Under the pieces are notes generated by a model. The model was not told the DNA's origin. It saw nothing but the letters and a program-made list of their open reading frames with translations, and did not search any database. DNA of 58,659 bases, the filler included, from Dugesia japonica (lineage: Eukaryota): NCBI GenBank assembly GCA_001938525.1. It is 5 parts of 5 records of this genome, joined end to end, with 100 filler letters (N's around TTAATTAATTAA, not from the genome) between each part and the next. Parts side by side here need not be neighbours in the genome. Positions count along the whole stretch, not along the records: positions 1 to 12,964 come from MQRL01580610.1; 4 more parts are not named here. One strand, written 5' to 3'. Positions within the stretch are counted from its first letter, which is position 1, and every line of letters begins with the position of its first letter. The translations under genes were made by a program, and so were the position numbers. Shown here piece by piece: positions 1-10,170 of the stretch.

Positions 1-715
1 TCTCACATGATCGCCAACTTTATACTTTGGTTTTTTATTTGCTTTTGAATGTTTACGTGATAACCATAACTTTAGTTAATTGTTTGTACTTACATCAACC
101 GGTCTTGATCCATTTAATTCCTTATGACCAGAATGATTTTAACTATGAATAGGTTTCGGTAAAACATTTATCCAAGTCTTATTACCAACATGTACAAAGT
201 ACTTTTTCAATGCATCTATCAATGTGCGATTAAATCTCTCTACATTTGCAGCTTTATACTGAGAGAATACACTGTAATGGTTTATGGATAGATGATTTAT
301 AAGTTGTTTCACCTCGGAATTGTAAAATTCCTGGCCCAAATCCGTTTGCAAATTATCTGGACGTCCATTTTTAAACATTGACTTGCTGGTTCCATATAAT
401 TAGTAGATTTTGATTTAACAGGAACAGCTCTTGCAAATCTACTGAATACATCAATACATGTCAAAATATAGTTTATTAACTTTCGAATATGGAACCATCT
501 CCATTAGATACATAAATCATCAATACCATATGTTTTATATGCTCTTGTTGGAAATCTTTTCATCATTGGCTTGTTCGAGCTGTACGCTTGTTGTTCCGAT
601 AACCACTTTTTTGTCTTTCTTTTCGTTTTTTGAGATGCTTTCATCAACTTTTCTACGCCTCGAAAACTTGCTGGGTTTTTTGGATCTGTCCATATTGTCT
701 TTAGTTTCCCCATTG
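1..715 (-). pseudogene. Polinton rve-type (c-integrase) integrase, frameshifted
   Basis: IWTDPKNPASFRGVEKL...WLSEQQAYS, YILTCIDVFSRFARAVP, LQTDLGQEFYN, KAANVERFNRTL, KYKVGDHVR, spread over several frames. Confidence 0.9.
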
Positions 716-805
716 CAACAATTCGATGCAAATTTTATGTCAAAATTAGGTAATGATTGCAATTCGCCCATTGTTTATTAATTTATTGATCAAAAGCTTC
801 AATTG

Positions 806-1130
806 TTTATTTGAAATGAGTTAAGCCTAATGCTGCTAATGTAATTGGTAGTAACGCTGCTATAAATCCAACACCAAGATTATTTCGTATTAATTTTCTC
901 ATCAATCTCCTATTTTTAGTATTTACAAGCGATAGTAAGGTTTTTTTTATGTTTTTTCAATGTTTTCTTTTTAGCTTTGCTCAAATTTACATTACCACGA
1001 ACAATATTTACAATAATCTCAAGTAAATCATCCATAACATACGGTGGAAACGATTTCAAAATTCTCACTCTCATTGATTTTGATTATTTAATCAAAGCAG
1101 TAAAAAACGGAATACTTCTTTCAAATTTCA
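806..1130 (-). pseudogene. Polinton small conserved ORF with C-terminal GFIAALLP amphipathic motif
   Basis: Manual translation gives DDLLEIIVNIVRGNVNLS...LGVGFIAALLPITLAALGL, resembling the small Maverick ORF ending in (Q.G)GFLxxLL that lies between ATPase and integrase. Confidence 0.55.
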
Positions 1131-1167
1131 TTTTATTTCAATAACAAAGACATAACAGTTAATTGTT

Positions 1168-1394
1168 TATAATGATATCCATCTTCCATTCAACATGTCC
1201 AGTTTCTTTCCATCACTTTTTGAAAGTTTTTTAAACTTACTGAATTGTTCTTTCTTATTTGCATTCATTTTCTTATGAAATTGTTTCTTGTGAGACTTTT
1301 TCTTACAAGATTGATTTGTTTTTTTCTATAAAACCAACCTTTTCTTTTGTTTAACAACATCACCATCAACTACAATTGTCTTAAACTTTGCCAT
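1168..1394 (-). pseudogene. Lys-rich small ORF, possible Polinton core/DNA-binding protein
   Basis: MAKFKTIVVDGDVVKQKKRLVL*KKTNQSCKKKSHKKQFHKK...RWISL; basic, has an internal stop, lies between ATPase and integrase. Confidence 0.35.
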
Positions 1395-1429
1395 TTTATA
1401 TAATGATATAAAAATTATCTATTTTGTTT

Positions 1430-2043
1430 ATATACTGTGATACCATTATGGTTGAATATATCTGTTCTTTCATATAATCATCTGGATATTGTTGTGTAAA
1501 GTCGAGAAATAGATATCCATGTAGTGTTTCTGTTGCATCTTAAAATGATTCAATGAGAAATTGTCTGTTATTTAGATATACTTGTCTTGCTAGAAAATCA
1601 AAAACAGGTTGATTTCTAGAATTTTTGAATAGAACTAAATATTATACGTTTAAATTGCGTGTTCTATGACTACTTCCTTGATGAAATAGATTTTGTGTAA
1701 TAAATATAACAGTCACATTACGATGTCTCGATATCTTTGTGAATAAAGTATTGAAATCTTTTTCTTTATTTGCCTCAAGATACAGATCATCAACAGCAAT
1801 AACATCACCTGGTCTTAATCTTTTACTCCAATTAGATTCAAAGTCATTTATGATTTTCATTTTAGTATTACAAAATTCACATTTAGTCATACCATGCTCC
1901 TCATCTGCACCTCTATGCCAATATATGTTTTTAAATTTAGAGTTGAATAACTTTGATTTCAATAATTGACATAGAAACAAAGTTTTCCCGCTACAACTAG
2001 GTACAACAATTAGATAGACTGCGTCATTTCTTAAAGTTTCCAT
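1430..2043 (-). pseudogene. Polinton genome-packaging ATPase (A32/FtsK-HerA family)
   Basis: Walker A-like VVPSCSGKT, Walker B VIAVDDL, TKISRHRNVTVIFITQNLF. Homology continues past the stop at 1642 (YLVLFKNSRN...LARQVY...HGYLFLDFTQ...RTDIF). Confidence 0.9.
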
Positions 2044-2104
2044 CTTGTTTACTTTAATTTACTCATAATTTAGTATATTGTTTATAATTAAAAGTTAAAA
2101 AACA

Positions 2105-3484
2105 TTAAAAATCACGTGACTATGAATTTTTATTAATAAATGCAATAGGTATGTAACTCAGATGCAACACACATACACTGAAAATCATGCGCTTATGAAT
2201 TTTAGACTCCGCTCATACCCTGTAAAATATATAGACTCCCTCGTCCCTTGCAAAATGTTTCTTACATNNNNNNNNNNNNNNNNNNNNNNNNNNNNNNNNN
2301 NNNNNNNNNNNNNNNNNNNNNNNNNNNNNNNNNNNNNNNNNNNNNNNNNNNNNNNNNNNNNNNNNNNNNNNNNNNNNNNNNNNNNNNNNNNNNNNNNNNA
2401 ATTTCTAATAAAACGATTTCTCCCCATTGCAATGAAAAATTTCCAACCAAAGTATTGTTTTTAAATTTCCCGCCAAAAAAAATTTTTCTTGAATTTCCTG
2501 CCAAAAATAATTTATTTTAAATTTCACGCTAAAATAGTTTTCATAAATTTCAAGAATCCTCTCTTCCCTGTTCGAAAATGTTACAAAACAACACTTCTCT
2601 GATCAAAATACCGAAAACAATAACCAAAAATACATCAAATACTCAAAAATAACATTACTTTCATTAAATTCATCAAATTAAGCAATATACAGCATTTTTA
2701 ACCAAATTAAATATTTTAAAAGTTTATGACGTCATAACCAACTAACAGAAAAATTTCAAATAAATCTTTTAAAATCCGATAATTAATTCTCTTTCCACAC
2801 ATACCAACCTCCACCTCNNNNNNNNNNNNNNNNNNNNNNNNNNNNNNNNNNNNNNNNNNNNNNNNNNNNNNNNNNNNNNNNNNNNNNNNNNNGACAACCA
2901 ACATCTTCACCATCCCATTACCTCTCCAACAAGCCATCAACCAACAAATTCCATAAACAACATAAAAACCTACAACACCAACAAAAACCACTCACGATAA
3001 CTCATACGACTGTGCCCGTGTNCCNCTANCCTAGTANCANAAACCANCCATCCAAACTCATAAGTCNTTTAGACAATATATAGACCAAATTTTTGTCCAA
3101 CAACAAATAAATCTTCAAAATCCCTAAAATATTCTTTCCAAGATCTCCAGCTACTACTCCTCGTTTTTTCCTGTCTTTTACACACACACACACAACCGCG
3201 CACACAGACAAAACTTGACCTACTTTTTAAAAACTATCTTAGCAACCCAAACACACACAAAATTTAAAATTTAAAAATACACACACACTTTCAGGATCGA
3301 AAAAACTGATCAGATCAAACAAAAATTTGATCACAAAAATCATGGTTAGAAAACGGAGCTCAAGCGTAATGTGTTTTCGAGCCTTCCCTTGGGGGTAGAG
3401 AGCTCGCAATAACTGCTTAAAAATAATTGTGCTCGAATGTTGACTCATTGCCAAATTGTGCCCGTGTGCTACTATCTATCTACT
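2105..3484 (-). repeat. Polinton terminal inverted repeat (left copy), reverse complement of ~8925-10170
   Basis: Colinear reverse-complement matches, e.g. 2161-2255 vs 9998-10093 and 3078-3170 vs 9195-9285; visibly diverged. Confidence 0.88.
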
Positions 3485-3510
3485 CAATACGAACTTTATT
3501 TTTATGGAAA

Positions 3511-3988
3511 TGTTACTGATTTTGCATTAAAATTGTTAAATTATAAACAGGTGATATTTAGTTTATTGGTTAATGTAAATTTTTTATTATAGTGTGTGTG
3601 ATAATCTACTGATCAGAATTAGTATAAATACTAATCTGTTTCAGTGATTGTTCAGACAACTGTGATCAGTTAGAATCCAACCTCTCTGGGCGCCATCTAT
3701 GACTCGATTTAAATTTTGCTTATATTGTTCATAAGGTTTAATAAATGTACTATATTGTTTTATACATAAAAAATAAATTATTGTAGAAGGTATATTTTTC
3801 ATTTATATATAAGGAAAAGTAGACACATATTACATTATTTATAAATTTCATTTAACAATATATATTATATAATATTGTAGCAACATAGCAAGGGTAAAAT
3901 CAACAACCGTTAAAATTGTAAACATATTTTCTCAATATTTTCAAACTAATGAACCATAAATTATTTTGGTGAGTAGAAATACCCAACA
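3511..3988 (+). repeat. 5' LTR of gag-env retroelement
   Basis: TGTT...AACA termini, TATAAATA at 3623, AATAAA at 3740, and a PBS a few nucleotides downstream. Confidence 0.6.
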
Positions 3989-3992
3989 AATT

Positions 3993-4010
3993 TGGTGCCG
4001 CGCACCGGGA
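3993..4010 (+). promoter_or_regulatory. tRNA primer-binding site TGGTGCCGCGCACCGGGA (tRNA-Phe-like)
   Basis: 18-nt GC-rich motif starting with TGG just after the LTR-terminal CA; resembles the known Phe PBS TGGTGCCGAAACCCGGGA. Confidence 0.65.
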
Positions 4011-4272
4011 CTCAAAATAATAAAAATTATTAAAAACAATTTAAAATCAAGCGGGTGTTCAGACCTTTATTAAAATATACCGTGTATTGATCAGTTTGAT
4101 ATCAGATATTGAATAAAATCCTACTATGATCTCTTATCAAAGTTGATTAATTTGATTATCTTAAGTTTGATATTAGATTTGGATTGAATTCCTGCCGCAA
4201 TATCTTACCAAAGTTCTGATAATATAAAATCAGTTACCTTAAAATAATAAAGTTAAAAGTGATTCAGAGTTT

Positions 4273-4460
4273 ACCGGTTGAAACGAAACCAACGAAATTG
4301 TTTAATTAGTGTACCGGTTGACACGAAACCGAAGAAATTGTTTGATTAGTGTAAAGGTTGAAAAAGAACCAAAGAGAAATTGTCTAATTAATGTGCCGGT
4401 TGAAATGAAACCGAATAAGATATTTGTTAGTATTCCAGTTGAAAGAAACTGAGGGAATAA
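4273..4460 (+). repeat. ~40-bp tandem repeat x5 in retroelement leader
   Basis: Units like ACCGGTTGAAACGAAACC(G/A)A..AAATTGTTTAATTAGTGT at 4273, 4313, 4353, ~4395 and ~4435. Confidence 0.85.
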
Positions 4461-4510
4461 TCATTAAAGAGAATATAGTATACAAATTGCGAAATAGAGA
4501 TATCAAAAAA

Positions 4511-5620
4511 ATGGCGGCGGCAAATATGGAAAATATGCCATTTCAAAATCTACCAATTAATGATCAAATAGGTGGTGGATTTGGATACCGCGGTACATTG
4601 CATGTATTACCCATACAATTTTATGCAGGAAAACTTGAAGAATTTGACGAATACTTTTGCGCCACAGCTTGTGGATGGACAGAGGCAGAATTAATTCAAC
4701 GATTGCCACTTTATCTGTAAGAATATGCATTAAAATGTTATAAGAATATGGATTTCAAACCTGATAAATGGAATGAGCTAATAATAAAAGTGAGAAAAAA
4801 GATAATAGTCCCAAGTGAGATAGAGAGAATTTGCATACAAAAATTTAGAGATAGAACACAATTAGCAAATGAAACGGTGGGCGAGTATATATATATGAAT
4901 TAACAAGGTTAGCAGAATAAGCTTTTGGAAAAAAAAATAGTACTGGTCAAATCATAGAATTCCAATTTTTGAATGGGACACATAAACATATTTGAGAAGC
5001 TCTGAAATCTGCAGAGTATAAAGATTTAGAGGAACTAACAGCAAAAGCAACGCGAGTTAAAGCGAACATTAAACATAAAGAGAAAACCAATTAAATATAT
5101 ACAATTGAAGCGAGTAACGAAGAATCTTCATGGAATGAGATAAGGAAAGCATATCAAAATCGTCAAAATAGTAGAAAAGATCAAGATATGAAATTTAAAA
5201 CGGACTATTACCAAAGAAATGATAAAAATTATAACAGAAACTCATGTCCTGGGAGAAATTACAACAATTATAATAGAAATTCAAGTCCCGGAAGGAGCTA
5301 TAACAACTATAATCGAAACTCAAGTCCTGGAAGAAATTATAACAATTTTAATAGAAATTCCAGCCCAGGTAGAAATTATGACATGAATGCAAGTTCAGCA
5401 AGAAGATATAATCGAGATAATAGAGGATATAGTCCAAAAAGATATGATAATAGAAGAAGTCTGGCCCATAGTTTGTAAATGAAGGTAGGAATAAATTGAA
5501 TAACAGAGGGCAAATAAAGTGTTATAACTGTAATAAATATGGACATATAGCAAGAGGATGTAGAAGCAAACCATATGATTCTAGAGGTAATCTAAAAAAG
5601 ATGTATCATTCAGTCCAGAA
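4511..5620 (+). pseudogene. gag: Ty3/gypsy-type Gag (capsid + SP-repeat region + CCHC zinc knuckle), with stops/frameshifts
   Basis: ATACGWTEAELIQRLPLYL*EYALKCY, RTQLANETVGEY, and CYNCNKYGHIARGC (CX2CX4HX4C) at 5520-5561. Confidence 0.82.
5222..5420 (+). repeat. 39-bp coding tandem repeat (NYNNYNRNSSPGR) in gag
   Basis: ORF 5188-5478 shows about 4 units of 13 aa plus a degenerate fifth, with synonymous differences between units. Confidence 0.85.
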
Positions 5621-5671
5621 ATAAGAGAACCTAACGCTATTAAAATAATTAATAATGAAACTTATGAAAAT

Positions 5672-6190
5672 ATGATAATCGAATTAGAAGGTATGAAAAT
5701 ACACTATCAGCGAATGATGGAACGACAACAAGAAAGAGAGGAATATGAAATAAATGTGTGTGAACCAATAGATGTGAATTTAGATGCAATCGATGAAAAA
5801 AAACAAGAAATATTAATTGAAAACGTTAGATTAGAGATAACAAAAGAAAGAACTAACGAACTTATATTGCTGCAGTATTTAAAAGATATTAACGAGTATC
5901 CTATCAATTTTCAAAAAATAAAACCAATAATAATCATACTAGCAAAACATCGAAATAAGATAGAGATATCAGAAAATTTTGATACGATAAATGAAATCTT
6001 CCAAAAGTATAGTGATCACTCAAAGAAAAATGAAAGTTTGAAAGAACATCTTAATATCAAAGTAACGGCAGGGCAAGATGATTGCTCTCTGACAGCACTA
6101 GAATTAACAATTCTTGCGTGTACAAAAACGAATAAGTTATATAAAATAGTGAAAATAGATTGGCCAGTACTATTAAAAATGAAGACGTAA
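5672..6190 (+). CDS. Unknown charged/helical ORF between gag and env (its 3' end may overlap the env start)
   Basis: 172-aa open frame with no recognisable pol motifs. Confidence 0.3.
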   Translation: MIIELEGMKIHYQRMMERQQEREEYEINVCEPIDVNLDAIDEKKQEILIENVRLEITKERTNELILLQYLKDINEYPINFQKIKPIIIILAKHRNKIEISENFDTINEIFQKYSDHSKKNESLKEHLNIKVTAGQDDCSLTALELTILACTKTNKLYKIVKIDWPVLLKMKT

Positions 6191-7904
6191 TACAGTTCTA
6201 TAATGCAGAATTAAATCAGAGTAAAACATTTATGCAATATGGAATTATTCCAGGTAACGTCAATATCATAAAAGTAACAATAATGAAACATACAACACAA
6301 GCATTAAAAAAGAAGATATTGTAGGATGATCCACTGCAAGTGGATATTGTGGAGGAGAAAGTTATAAAATATGGGGACAAGTGGAATCTGACATCTTAGT
6401 TAGAAGGCAATATCATGTTGAACTAAAGAAAATAAAAGAATATTCGACGCAGCTATGGAAAAAATGATGACATACCAATTTTGTAGATTATAAGATACAA
6501 GTTGTGATACCGGAGAATCAATGATCACATATAAAGTAAATCCATTTGAATGTACACTTAGAAAATTAAGAACAGTGACAATGAGAGTAGTTAGTGAAAC
6601 TTAACCAACTGATAAGCCACAGAATATCCGAGATAAAAAAACGAAGACAACAGTAATTAATGAAAAGGCAACACCAATTGTGTTTTATAATCAATTCAAC
6701 ACAAGAAGCATTAAGACTTATTGAAAAAGGAACGAATACCAAGTGTGGCGTGGCGGTAAAGGTAACCAATTACAATGGTTTATATTTATCAACAACGGAA
6801 ATTAAATACGCTAAACTAGAGGTAGATAAATTAGATATAAGAGTAGCTACATATTTTAATAATAAAATTGACTTTCCATATCATGAAATATTGAGACAAG
6901 TAAATAGAATATATCAGGAAACCATTATGAGAAATTGTAAAACCGACCGAGAATTGTTGAGAACAAAAATGGCAATGGTAGTCACAAATCTTGATTTCGT
7001 GGCACTGCTCTTAATTGAAGAAAGAGGAAGATTTGGAAGAACAGTGGGACAAACTATTGTAAGTTTTAAATGCAAACCAGTAGCAGTTACGCTTATAGAT
7101 CATGAAAAATATACTAATGAATTACCAGTAATTTATAAGGGAGAGAAAGTATTTTTGCTTCCAATAACAAGAAATTTTACAGATAAGCCCTATTAACCGA
7201 AAGTGATTGAAAAATGCAATAAAATTCTTGATACAATGTACAAATTAACTGAAGACGTATGGGTAACAGTATCAGATAGAAAAACAGCACCAACTTTACT
7301 TATGATAGAAATGATAGGACTCAGTAAAATAACCGAAATGGAAAGGATTGATAATATGGAAAATCGTGGTATTTAAATAATTAACAATATAGAGAAAGTA
7401 AGAACACATATGCTTTTTCCAATTCAAAGAGATAAAATAATATCAGTAATGGTTGATAAAGAAGTAAGAGGGAGTAATGGAGATGATGTAAATTTTAAAT
7501 CACTATTGCATGCAGATCATTTTAAAAGGGCAATGCGTAATGTCATAGATAGATTATTGGAGGGAATGCAATGGTTTTGCAACATATTTTCATGTATTCT
7601 ATTTGGGTGGTATGTATTAACATTTCTAAAATTGGTGGGTCATCAAATACTTTCTTTAAGACAATTACATGTAGTTTTCGGTTACACATGGAAACTAGGA
7701 GCATGTTTCTTTCCAATCATTGGAAAACATATGATTGTGCAAAATCATAGTGAAAAAATAAAAGATCTAGGAAAACATCGAGGTATATATACAGTACACA
7801 TAGACGATGAGCAAGAAAAAACTAAATTAACTAATGATAAATCATCAGACACCGAATATAAACCATATGAACAAGAAAACATTGAATTAAAACATATAAA
7901 ATAG
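6100..7904 (+). pseudogene. env: Envelope glycoprotein, Chuviridae/Jingchuvirales G-like (gB-like class III fusion), fragmented
   Basis: GYCGGESYKIWGQVESDILVRRQYHVEL, FCRL*DTSCDTGESMITY, RNCKTDRELLRTKMAM...GRFGRTVGQTIVSFKCKPVAV...NELPVIYKGEKVFLLPITR, a TM segment (FCNIFSCILFGWYVLTFL), then LHVVFGYTWKLGA. This matches the motif order of chuvirus-type glycoproteins. Confidence 0.75.
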
Positions 7905-8294
7905 ATGATTCAACACAATATAAATATCAAAAAAATATTCAATATCAGTCATAGATTTAGATAANNNNNNNNNNNNNNNNNNNNNNNNNNNNNNNNNNNN
8001 NNNNNNNNNNNNNNNNNNNNNNNNNNNNNNNNNNNNNNNNNNNNNNNNNNNTAATTGGACTTATCGATTAGCTTGCGTAGTTTTAACTAGGCAAAGATCG
8101 ATTTACAGTATGTGCATCTCTGGTAGCAGTGTTTCTATCCGTTCACATCCGGACATAAATTGAACACCACTACGATTGACAATAATTGACTAGACTCAGA
8201 TCCGCAAAATGATAAGGAATTCAAACGCAGCTGTTACTTATTCAATACATGATATTTTATATTATTTAACACATATTAGTCATCTTTGGCACAT

Positions 8295-8680
8295 TTTCTG
8301 ACCATATTAATGAAACCTTAAAACTTCATAGACCATTTAACAATGGAACCTTTAAATATCATTGAACATATAATTATGAAACCTTTAAACATCATAGACC
8401 TTTTAAAATGGAACCTTTTAAAAACATAGACCATTAAATAATGGGACAATATAAAAATAGAAACTTTAAATATCATAAACCATATTATTATGGAACCTTT
8501 AAATAATATAGACCATTTAATAATGGAACTTTTTTTACATTATAGACCATTTAATAATAGAACCTTTTAAAATCATAGACCATATAATTATGGAACCTTT
8601 AAACATCATAGACCATCAATAATGGGACCTTTTGAAATCATAGACCGTTAAATAATGGGACCATATAAAAATTAAACCTT
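8295..8680 (+). repeat. ~33-bp minisatellite (CATAGACCATTTAATAATGGAACCTTTAAATAT), about 11 degenerate copies
   Basis: CATAGACC-like motif recurs at 8327, 8360, 8393 and onward. Confidence 0.85.
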
Positions 8681-8711
8681 TGAGCTAATTTAAATTCAAT
8701 TAATATTTAAT

Positions 8712-8825
8712 TAGCATTAAATTAACATTAAATTAACATAAATTAACATTAAATTAACATCAAATTAACATTAAATTAACATTAAATTNNNNNNNNNNTA
8801 ACATTAAATTAACATTAAATTAAAT
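8712..8825 (+). repeat. 11-bp tandem repeat (ATTAAATTAAC)n
   Basis: Directly visible; spans a small gap. Confidence 0.85.
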
Positions 8826-8924
8826 TTTAAAAAAACATTTGATTTAAAATTTAACATATAAAGAAAATAATAAACACACTATTTTTTTTTTCATAATAAA
8901 CTTGCCATAATTGCAATTATGGTA

Positions 8925-10170
8925 AGTAATGGGATAGCAGCGCATAGGCACAATTTTTTTAAGGAGTTATCGCGCACCTTCTTGGGGGAGGCTTGGAAAC
9001 ACATTACGCTTGAGATGCGTTTTTTGACAAGATTTTTATGCTCGTTTTTTTAAAGATTTTTGATCAGTTTTTTTTATATTGGGTGTGTCTGTGTATTTTT
9101 AAATGTTAAATTTTGTGTGTGTTTGGGTTTCTAAGGTGGTTTTTAAAAAGTAGGTCAAGTTGTGTTTGTGTGTGTGGTTGTGTGTAAGAGTGGAAAAAAC
9201 GAGATGGAGGAGCTGGAGATCTTGGAAATAATTTTTTTGTAGTTTGAAAGATTTGGTTGGGGTTGGACAAAAATTTGGTCTATATATTGTCTAAAGGACT
9301 TATGAGTTTGGATGGATGGGTTTTGCTACAAGGGTAGTAGCGCACGGACACAGTCGTATGAGTTATAGTGGGTTGTTTTTAGGGAGGCTGTAGGTTTGTA
9401 TGTGGTTGATGTAATTTGTTGTTTGATGGGTTGTTGGAAAGGTAATGTGATGGGAGAGGGTAGTTGTCGAATGTGCTTTGATTTTTTATTTTAAGGGTTT
9501 GAATTTGATTGGTATATTTTGAAAGTAGTATAAATGTGTTAAAAGTTTTTTTCGCGAGGTGGAGGTTAGTATGCGTTGAAAGAGAATTAATTATCAAATT
9601 TTATAAGATTTATTTGAAATTTTTCTGTCGGTGGTTATGACGTCATAATTTTTTGAAATCTTTATTTTGGTTTACAATGCTTTATTTTGCTTAAATTGAT
9701 GAAGTTAATGAAAATAATAGTATTTGTGAGTATTTGATGTATTTTTGGTTATTTTTTCGGTATTTTTGAACAGGGAAGTGTTGTTTTTAATATTTTCGAA
9801 CGGGGAAGAGGGGATTCTTGAAATTTTTGAAAACTTTTTACGCGAGAAATTCAAAGAACTATTTTTAGAGGGAAATTCAAAAAAAATATATTGGTTGGAA
9901 ATTTAAAATTTTTCATTTCAATGGGGGGAAGTCTTTTTAATATAATTAAATTTAATTAAATTAATTTATTTATGTAAGAGATGCGGCAGTCTTGATATTT
10001 TGCAAGGGACGAAGGAGTCTCTATATTTTACATGGTATGAGCGGAGTTCTAAAATTCATAAGCGCGTGATTTTCAGTGTATGTTGGTTGCATCTGAGTTG
10101 CATCTGAGCTGCGTGCCTATTGCATTAATTTAAAATATCAATACAAATTCCCATGCACGTGATTTTAATG
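8925..10170 (+). repeat. Polinton terminal inverted repeat (right copy)
   Basis: Reverse complement of 2105-3484. Confidence 0.88.

Larger units (their letters stand above)
1..3484 (-). mobile_element. Polinton/Maverick (adintovirus-like) element, one end with ATPase-core-integrase block; degenerate
   Basis: Retroviral-type integrase and A32/FtsK-like packaging ATPase on the minus strand. The long subterminal region ends in ...CTACTATCTATCTACT at 3484, matching the canonical Polinton 5'-AG...CT-3' end. Confidence 0.88.
3511..7904 (+). mobile_element. LTR retroelement, Ty3/gypsy-like gag + chuvirus-glycoprotein-like env, pol not detected; degenerate
   Basis: Order is LTR, PBS, leader repeats, gag with CCHC, then env. 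No DTG/DSG, YxDD, RNase H or integrase motifs seen between gag and env. Confidence 0.78.

Noticed and set aside
458-781. Plus-strand ORFs antisense to integrase/ATPase (also 1739-1969, 34818-35189, 35760-35993, 37630-38001, 51565-51828)
   Set aside because: Shadow frames of recognisable minus-strand TE genes.
2162-3454. Short ORFs in the ORF track over the TIR and N gaps
   Set aside because: They span Ns or non-coding repeat sequence and have no protein motifs.
4273-4460. CRISPR-like array (palindromic repeat with GTTGAAAC)
   Set aside because: The inter-repeat segments are similar to one another rather than unique spacers, there are no cas genes, and it lies in a eukaryotic retroelement leader.
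8295-8680. CRISPR-like 33-bp periodicity
   Set aside because: Head-to-tail minisatellite with no spacers.
2105-10170. Single TIR transposon carrying gag-env as cargo
   Set aside because: The terminal AG/CT motifs face inward (3484 and 8925) and the Polinton genes lie outside, so the retroelement is between two element ends, not inside one.
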